From a virus (lineage: Duplodnaviria > Caudoviricetes), in the IMG/VR virus record IMGVR_UViG_3300048849_000152, positions 1-50,596 of that record: a DNA stretch of 50,596 bases; one strand, given 5' to 3'. Position numbers and translations under genes: made by a program. The notes beneath the pieces were generated by a model that saw only the letters and a list, made by a program, of their open reading frames with translations, searched no databases and was not told where the DNA came from. Positions 44,558 to 50,596 of the stretch are shown here, in pieces. Positions within the stretch are counted from its first letter, which is position 1. The number at the start of each line of letters is the position of its first letter.

Positions 44558-45913
44558 CTATGCGTCTCCGTTCTCGTCCGCAACCGAGGCCGCCTTCATA
44601 CGTCTCTCATACTCGCGGGCCCCAGCAAGCAACGGCCACGCCAACCATCCTTGAGCGGGGAGTTCGTCGTCGCGGAGCATCTTCTGGGCGAGTTCGTACG
44701 CCTCCGCATCCTCACCGAGAAGCGCATGCTTGGCGAGGACGTACTCCCGATTGCGTGTTGAGACGTCGAACGCCTCTACTTCGGCGCGACACTCGGCAGT
44801 CTTGCCCACGGCCTGCATAGCGAGCCAAACATTCACTCGATAGACCAGTTGAGTCGACTCATGTAGTCGATCGGCATCTACCTCGGATGCTACTAGTTCC
44901 ACTACCTGTGGCCGCTTGTGGATCAGGAGTTCGTAAAGGCGATTCGAAAGGTCACGCTGGGTTGCCTCAGCGGATGCACCCTTCCGCATGCGTGCGCTGA
45001 ATGCCAACCCCATCCCACAGACGAAGAGGGTGTCCGCCGTCGAACGAAGGTACTCGAGGTCGACACTCAACATGTCGTCCCGTTCGACTTCGATCGGGAA
45101 GTCCTGCAGCCGCTCGATGTACTGGCTAGACACTCGACTGCCGTTGTGCACGACCACGTGCCGCCGCTGAATGGCTTCCTTCGCGGCGAACGTCCCCATG
45201 ATCTTCGGCGCCTTGATGCCGAAGCGTCGATCGAAAAACTTGAGGGCCTCGTCCATGGAGTCACGGAGCAGATCCTCTACAGCGCGGTCGATGACCCGAG
45301 CCTTCAAGTCGTCGAGCGTGTCGTACTTTGAAATTTCATTCCAGGTGAACTTGCGGTCACTCGCTTCAAGGGCATCCGGCTCCACGAGTAGGAGCGCACG
45401 GGCGACGCGTCCAACAAAGACTTCAAGCTCTCCAACGAGCGTCACCAACAAAGAGCGGTAGATCATCGGCACTGACGGGCCGCGAACAGTCGCGCTGAGC
45501 ACACCACCCAAGTACGAGTGGATAGCGCCCTCGGGCAACGTTTCCGCGACTTCGTCCATTGCTGCCGAGAACGCCTCGAGTCGCTCCTGCGAATTCACGC
45601 TCTCGCCTTCATCTTCGGCCATCCGGGTCTGCCACGCTTCCCAGACGCCTCCAAATGCGTCCTCGTCGATCCCGTCTAGGGTGCGCCTAATCTCCTCCTT
45701 GGCACGAGCTTTGTAGTCGTCGATCTCGGAGGCCCGCAGCTGAATGTAAGTGGCGAGCCGCAACACCTCGACTTGGCGAGCGAACATGTCCTCGAGGGCG
45801 GATTCAACCAGCAAATCAACAAGTTGCGCCGGCGTCAGCTCAAGAGCTTCATCATCCCCATCCTCGAAGTTGTTCTGCTCTACGCCCTCGGATTCGTCTT
45901 GCCCCTGTTGCAT
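44558..45913 (-). CDS. HEPN-like (RxxxxH) protein with helical C-terminus; candidate defence RNase
   Basis: SLLVTLVGELEVF helix, RRHVVVHNG motif; own TATCGT -10 and terminator; lower GC. Confidence 0.78.
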   Translation of the reverse strand: MQQGQDESEGVEQNNFEDGDDEALELTPAQLVDLLVESALEDMFARQVEVLRLATYIQLRASEIDDYKARAKEEIRRTLDGIDEDAFGGVWEAWQTRMAEDEGESVNSQERLEAFSAAMDEVAETLPEGAIHSYLGGVLSATVRGPSVPMIYRSLLVTLVGELEVFVGRVARALLLVEPDALEASDRKFTWNEISKYDTLDDLKARVIDRAVEDLLRDSMDEALKFFDRRFGIKAPKIMGTFAAKEAIQRRHVVVHNGSRVSSQYIERLQDFPIEVERDDMLSVDLEYLRSTADTLFVCGMGLAFSARMRKGASAEATQRDLSNRLYELLIHKRPQVVELVASEVDADRLHESTQLVYRVNVWLAMQAVGKTAECRAEVEAFDVSTRNREYVLAKHALLGEDAEAYELAQKMLRDDELPAQGWLAWPLLAGAREYERRMKAASVADENGDA

Positions 45914-45996
45914 GTACCGAACGATAGTCGATTACCACCCGCCTTACCTCGCCGGGTCCGAACCCGTTCGATAACTGGCTCGTACCACGCACGGCG

Positions 45997-46269
45997 CTAG
46001 ATCAGTTCGCGAAGCCGCGACACGGCCGATTCAGCAGTTTCAAACGTGCCAGGTTCGTAGGCCATCCGGGTCTGGTAGTGGTCGTCGGCGTGGCTGAGCC
46101 GCCACCCGTCGGCCTCATGTTCGATCCGCCACGGGGTCTCGACCAGTGCGCCGTCGATCTCTTTCACGACCCAGTAGTGGTCGTCTTCGATGCCGCGGGC
46201 AAGGAAGAGCATGCCGCCGATCGTACGCCGACGGATTTTCACTGACGAACGAGTCCGCACTTCGTTCAC
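45997..46269 (-). CDS. Small hypothetical protein
   Basis: Protein-like ORF; start uncertain. Confidence 0.55.
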   Translation of the reverse strand: MNEVRTRSSVKIRRRTIGGMLFLARGIEDDHYWVVKEIDGALVETPWRIEHEADGWRLSHADDHYQTRMAYEPGTFETAESAVSRLRELI

Positions 46270-46327
46270 CGCAGAAAAGCCGCCTGACCATTCACGGGCC
46301 AGGCGGCTTCAGAGCTGTTGTGTCGGG

Positions 46328-46609
46328 TCAGTCGTTTTTGGTGTCGTTGGTGCGGGTGCCAGCCTTGGCGATGCCGCGGCTGATGATATACGCGGCGGTG
46401 ACGACTGCGACATACTGCCAGGCCTGCGCTGCGCCGAATCCCTGGCCGTCATCACCGTTGTCAGTGACTGCGGCGGCGATCAGGATCGCAGCCGAGACAA
46501 TGAGCCAGATGTAGAACTCGGTCGTCTTGAAGGCCGACTTCGTCTCGGTGAGCACCCGGCGGGTGACGGTGTTGTTGTTGTGGGCAGCGCCCGCAGCATT
46601 GTTGGACAT
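46328..46609 (-). CDS. Small two-TM protein
   Basis: ETKSAFKTTEFYIW...AYIISRGIAKAG; GGGAGA RBS. Confidence 0.8.
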   Translation of the reverse strand: MSNNAAGAAHNNNTVTRRVLTETKSAFKTTEFYIWLIVSAAILIAAAVTDNGDDGQGFGAAQAWQYVAVVTAAYIISRGIAKAGTRTNDTKND

Positions 46610-47091
46610 AGGAGTGTCTCCCTAAATAATGAGGCGAAGATGTTCCGCTTCCGAAGCTGTCCAGCGCAACCGTAAATCCGGGGCGCAACGACAAGGGACT
46701 TCATGTACTGAACGTAAGCCTCTAGTCGATCCGCCGCCTGGGGGTTACAAAGCGCTCGCCGACCTGTTACGCGCGGGGGAATCACGGAAACAAATTCGGC
46801 CATTTCGATGGATCACAGAAACCGGGTGCTCAACGAAGTCGCGGCTGTCCTTGAGAAGTGGTCCAATTCCCCGCCGCAGGCGCCCCCAATGCGCTTCGGC
46901 GGGGAATTCCCCTGACGCTCCATAGAGCGCTGCTCGTGACACTACTCACCCGACGGATCAGGAACGAGTTTCCGTGCCGACGCCCAGGTTTTCGAGCGGC
47001 CAGTGACGCCTCTCGAAGCCGGGCCGTGGGTAGCCGGATTCAACAACCTCATCGATGGCGGCTCGGCACCGTTGCGCGCCCACGACCAAGG

Positions 47092-47814
47092 TCAGCGCGC
47101 CCAGACGAACAGCACAGCTTGGTCCGGCATCATCGGTCCGGCAGCCGTTCCGGCGTCTAGCGGGAAAACCCCTGTGCCGTCGCTGCTGCTAAGGGTGTAC
47201 TTCTTCTCGGTTCCGTCGGGACTGTCCCAGGTGCGGATGTCAACGAATCCAGCGGCGTTCAGTCCTGAGTGGACCGCGGTGAAGTCTGCGTCCTCCCACA
47301 GCATGTAGAACTGGTTCTCGGCGCCTGCGGGGACTTGGAGGATGCAGTCAGGGAGCGCTGGGAGGGACCCGGCGAAAGGTGCGTCGAATGTTGTTGGGTC
47401 CAGCTCGGTTACGGCGGGGACGCTCTGTGTGAGCGCTTCGGTGTAGGTGGCGCACACATCGCCGTTAGCTGCGCCTCCCGGCTCTTCTGCGGGCGCTGTG
47501 CCGTAAGACACGTCCGTGACTATCCGCGCGGCCGCATCGATTGGTTCGTCGGGGTTGTCCGCGCAGTAGGAGAGCAGATCATCCTGGAAGTCGATCGCCA
47601 GTCCGAGCTCGGCCTCGATCGAGCCGATGACTTCCGTCATCTGGTTGGAGTCGATGGATGTGAGGTCACTGCACGGACTGGTGGCGGTCACGCCCGAAGC
47701 GTCGACGGCAGAGGTTGGGTCAGGTGCGTCCGTGCTGCTGCTCGAGCATGCAGAGAGGATGATGACGATCCCGAGGGCTGTCGCGATCGACGAGAACTTC
47801 TGCAGCTGATTCAC
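47092..47814 (-). CDS. Acidic lipoprotein
   Basis: Signal peptide with lipobox ILSAC; GGGGAG RBS. Confidence 0.82.
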   Translation of the reverse strand: MNQLQKFSSIATALGIVIILSACSSSSTDAPDPTSAVDASGVTATSPCSDLTSIDSNQMTEVIGSIEAELGLAIDFQDDLLSYCADNPDEPIDAAARIVTDVSYGTAPAEEPGGAANGDVCATYTEALTQSVPAVTELDPTTFDAPFAGSLPALPDCILQVPAGAENQFYMLWEDADFTAVHSGLNAAGFVDIRTWDSPDGTEKKYTLSSSDGTGVFPLDAGTAAGPMMPDQAVLFVWAR

Positions 47815-48176
47815 TCGTACTCCCCAAGCACTTGAAAGCGCCTACCGTAGGCAATCGCAGGATACACGTCGCACGCAGGGCACCGTTCGCGGTCTCATGT
47901 GATCCCGGAGCCTCCGGCCGAAGCGAGGCGCACCCGTTAGGGTTCCGGCGCATCCTCTGTGCCAACGAACAGGTATCCGGCGAGGCGGTGTGTCTCCCAT
48001 TCGTCGTCGTGGAAGAGCTCGAACACCTCGATCAAATCCGGGAGCAGTTCGGATGGGCGTCGTAACGTCGTCGGTGGGCGGGTGGCGCCTTCGGGGAGGG
48101 GCACGAGGATGCCTTCGCTGCGGAGTGGCTGACGGTAGGTCAGCGTGGCTCTAAAGAGGTCGTCGATGGTCGGGGC

Positions 48177-48422
48177 TCAGACTGACTCGAAGACTGCTCT
48201 GCTTGATGCGACCTGGCGAGGTAGCCGCCGGCGGATCGCGACGTCGACGAGCGGGTGTAACCACTCGAACCGGATCGCGAGTTCTTCGTCGCCATCGATG
48301 CGGGCCCAGATCTGGTCGATGATGCTTCGCAGTCTGACCAGGTCCGTGACGGCGACAGAGTCGAGGTCGAGGTTGTCGTAATCGGCGTCCGTCGCGAGGG
48401 CGACGAGCTCGGGCTCGGTCAT
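48177..48422 (-). CDS. Small helical protein, paralogue of 48540-48752
   Basis: GGAGA RBS; shared L.RL..I...DGD..RFE..IRR.L pattern. Confidence 0.65.
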   Translation of the reverse strand: MTEPELVALATDADYDNLDLDSVAVTDLVRLRSIIDQIWARIDGDEELAIRFEWLHPLVDVAIRRRLPRQVASSRAVFESV

Positions 48423-48539
48423 GGGATCTCCAATTCCCGGTCAACGAGGTGACTCAGCACTGAGGAATGTGCCATCCAGGATAAGTGACGGTCTGGCCTC
48501 TGTGAAGCTCCAGATTCGTGCCCGACGAGTCCTGTGGGT

Positions 48540-48752
48540 TTAGTAGGTCTCGTTGTCGTCGAGGAGGCGGCGGATCTGCCAGTAACGCTGTTCGAACCTT
48601 GTGTCGCCGTCGCACTGCTCTCGACGCATTTCTTCGATGACCTCGAGCAGCCGGCGCAGTTGCGCCGATGACACTTCTCCGACTCTGATTTGATCGACCG
48701 GTGTGGTCACAGCCATCGCTGCGACGTCGTCTGTCCAGTAGCCATTACGCAT
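48540..48752 (-). CDS. Small helical protein, paralogue of 48177-48422
   Basis: GGGGA RBS; shared pattern. Confidence 0.65.
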   Translation of the reverse strand: MRNGYWTDDVAAMAVTTPVDQIRVGEVSSAQLRRLLEVIEEMRREQCDGDTRFEQRYWQIRRLLDDNETY

Positions 48753-49040
48753 CGCTTCATCCCCACAACTCCGTGACGGTTTGGCACAGCACACGCGGGG
48801 TCTGGTCGGGTGACTGAGATCCCAGGCTAGGGGCTGCCCCCGGTTTTGTCGACACCATGCGAGCGGTCACGCAGGGGCCCGGGTTGCTGCTGTCTCTATC
48901 TTTCTGGCTGTAACGGAGTAGCGTCGGGAGTGGTCCGAGACCCCGGCCGTTTCGTTTCAGGCCCCGCAGCCATGCCGAGGACCAGGAGCGTCTCCCATCC
49001 TCCTGGCGGATTCAGTTGGGAAATTGAAAGCTGGTCGCCC

Positions 49041-49376
49041 ATGGGCAGACTCACGTACGATTCCACCCTGGCCGTTGATTTCGAGGACCGCACGCTCGCG
49101 CACCTTCAGCTTGTCATCGGCGCGAAGCTGCGACGCAGCGAAGCGTTCTTCTTCGCGTGGAAGGACGACGCCGCTGCCGGAGACGGCCGGTCGACGATCT
49201 GGATTCACCCCACCATCCCGTTGGCGTTCAAGTTCTACGGCGGCCGAGCGCCAGCGATCAATCGGGCTTGGGTTGAGGTCCTGATGCTCTCCGCGAATTC
49301 AGCACAGGGCCTGCAGTTGCTCCCCGAGCCGGAACACACCAACCATCACACTGGTCCGAGCGAGGTGCACGAATGA
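49041..49376 (+). CDS. Microbacteriaceae-type small protein (recalled as DUF7882-like)
   Basis: MGRLTYD...FEDRTLAHLQLVI..KLRR.E.F...GRSTIWIHP..INRAW..L..SANS. Confidence 0.8.
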   Translation: MGRLTYDSTLAVDFEDRTLAHLQLVIGAKLRRSEAFFFAWKDDAAAGDGRSTIWIHPTIPLAFKFYGGRAPAINRAWVEVLMLSANSAQGLQLLPEPEHTNHHTGPSEVHE

Positions 49377-49597
49377 AAAGGGTAGACATCAAGTACGACG
49401 GCAGCGAATACTCCATCGGGAACCGTCACATCGATGAGGTGCAGGCCGAGATCGACGCTGGCCTTCTCGCGCCTGAGCCTGCGTGGTTGACAGTGAACTC
49501 TGGGGAAGGGCGCATCCAGAGCGCGAGACTTCTGATCACACCGGGTGTGAGCTTCTCCCTGATCGGAATCGACGACCCCGACCACGAAGAGGAATAG
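49373..49597 (+). CDS. Small hypothetical protein
   Basis: ATGA-coupled; GAGG RBS. Confidence 0.75.
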   Translation: MKRVDIKYDGSEYSIGNRHIDEVQAEIDAGLLAPEPAWLTVNSGEGRIQSARLLITPGVSFSLIGIDDPDHEEE

Positions 49598-49606
49598 GCG
49601 GCCCGG

Positions 49607-49951
49607 TCAGAGGCTATCGAAGAAGCCGTCAATCTGACCCTGCGACGGCATTTTGTGTTCGACGACGCCATTTGGAGGCGACACCAGGAGTCTGGTTTTC
49701 TCCTTCATGTACTCGACTACCTCGGCGTTGTCGGGATCCGGGATCGAGGAGTGCGTGGACTCGGCCATGAGCACGGTACCGGCAGTCAGAACGAACGTGG
49801 CCTCGACATCATCGCCGTCAGCGCCGTAGGCCGACAATGTCACGGTGTCGGCTGAACCGTGGCTGGCCAGAGCAGCGGCGTACTCGGTGATCGCTTCCGC
49901 GGCCGCATCGCCTACGAGCAGGGACTTCTCCGAGTACGTGATGTGCTTCAT
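49607..49951 (-). CDS. Small hypothetical protein
   Basis: TAGCGT -10 seven nt before ATG (MKHITYSEKSLLVGD). Confidence 0.75.
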   Translation of the reverse strand: MKHITYSEKSLLVGDAAAEAITEYAAALASHGSADTVTLSAYGADGDDVEATFVLTAGTVLMAESTHSSIPDPDNAEVVEYMKEKTRLLVSPPNGVVEHKMPSQGQIDGFFDSL

Positions 49952-50048
49952 GACGCCCACGCTACGTCGGGTGCGCTCCCACGTCACCCGCCTTGCTGTG
50001 CCGTCCCAACCCTGCTAGAGCGCACGCCCCTGGGGAATGCAGCACGAC

Positions 50049-50324
50049 TTATGCTTTCGTCTTGTAGGCGTCCGCGTCGGACAGGGCGGCCCCACCGACG
50101 TTCGCGACGGCGCGCCGATGGGATGCCATGGCCGCGTCCTCGAGCGTCGGGTAGTAGCCGATCAGCTTCCGGGGTTCGTCGTAGGTGACTGCCCGGAACC
50201 GCCACACGGACTCACCGTTCAGGGTGACGGGCAGGTATCGGATCTCCGCGGACGGTGTCTTCGTGCCGGGCTGGGGGAACAGCCAGGCGATCGACAGCAG
50301 TAAGTCTGCGGGATGGTGGGCCAA
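50049..50324 (-). CDS. Small hypothetical protein
   Basis: TTG after AGAGGAG; FRAVT...RKLIGYYPTLEDAA. Confidence 0.65.
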   Translation of the reverse strand: MAHHPADLLLSIAWLFPQPGTKTPSAEIRYLPVTLNGESVWRFRAVTYDEPRKLIGYYPTLEDAAMASHRRAVANVGGAALSDADAYKTKA

Positions 50325-50410
50325 CGGGGTTGCTCCTCTCTGGGGAGCGCACCGGCCCGCGCATTGACGATCGTAGACAGACCCGACGACAACACGCCAA
50401 GCCCGGGTAT

Positions 50411-50596
50411 TTAGCGCTTGACCTTCACGGTCTGAGCAGCCATGAACGCGTCGACCTCGACTTCGGAATAGCGGACGAGCCGGCCGATCCGGGAGAACGG
50501 AAGGTTGACCTTTTTGAAGCGCCAGTCACGCAGCGTGTTGACGGGGATGCTGGTCTTCGCCGAGCACTCTGTTTCTGTGATCCATCGAGTCGTCAT
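50411..50596 (-). CDS. Excisionase/AlpA-like winged HTH
   Basis: IPVNTLRDWR...PFSRIGRLVRYSEVEVDAF. Confidence 0.85.
   Translation of the reverse strand: MTTRWITETECSAKTSIPVNTLRDWRFKKVNLPFSRIGRLVRYSEVEVDAFMAAQTVKVKR

Larger units (their letters stand above)
107..50596. mobile_element. Temperate siphovirus prophage integrated at tRNA-Gly; right boundary not seen
   Basis: att core plus integrase, immunity, replication, packaging, head, tail and lysis modules in canonical order. Confidence 0.93.

Noticed and set aside
45959-45971. LexA box upstream of the HEPN gene
   Set aside because: CGAAC-CC-GTTCGA has a 2-nt spacer; the actinobacterial box needs 4
48769-48779. Extra CCGTCACGGAG copy (minus strand) upstream of gene 48752
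   Set aside because: Single copy not overlapping the SD; compatible with chance in GC-rich DNA
49041-49376. ATP-dependent DNA ligase
   Set aside because: Only 111 aa and lacks the KxDG adenylation motif

Overview
The window is an apparently near-complete, high-GC temperate siphovirus prophage of an actinobacterium. The accessory genes at the right end suggest a Microbacteriaceae host. The left end carries the displaced 3' half of a tRNA-Gly(TCC) as att core, then a tyrosine integrase, an ImmA-type protease, a repressor and a divergent cro/xis switch. Next come an early operon (RuvC-like resolvase, YqaJ exonuclease plus Bet annealase, orphan C5 methyltransferase, HNH, initiator with iterons, helicase loader, DnaB) and a late region (EndoVII, HNH, probable cos, TerS/TerL, portal, head, tail with -1 frameshifted chaperone, tape measure, M15 endolysin/holin, SGNH tail module). 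An accessory tail of small genes follows, and the second att/intact tRNA is not inside the window. The most interesting unexplained items are: (i) two single-gene defence candidates (a PD-(D/E)xK nuclease and a HEPN-helical protein); (ii) antisense leaderless morons hidden under 'shadow' ORFs that keep the early operon translationally coupled; (iii) a four-gene cassette array joined by shared 3' boundary sequences; (iv) several RNA-level elements (a multi-helix RNA at the early/late boundary, a pseudoknot switch before the tail chaperone, a leader peptide coupled to terS); and (v) clusters of distant small paralogues at the right end. All calls come from reading motifs by eye; no searches were run.
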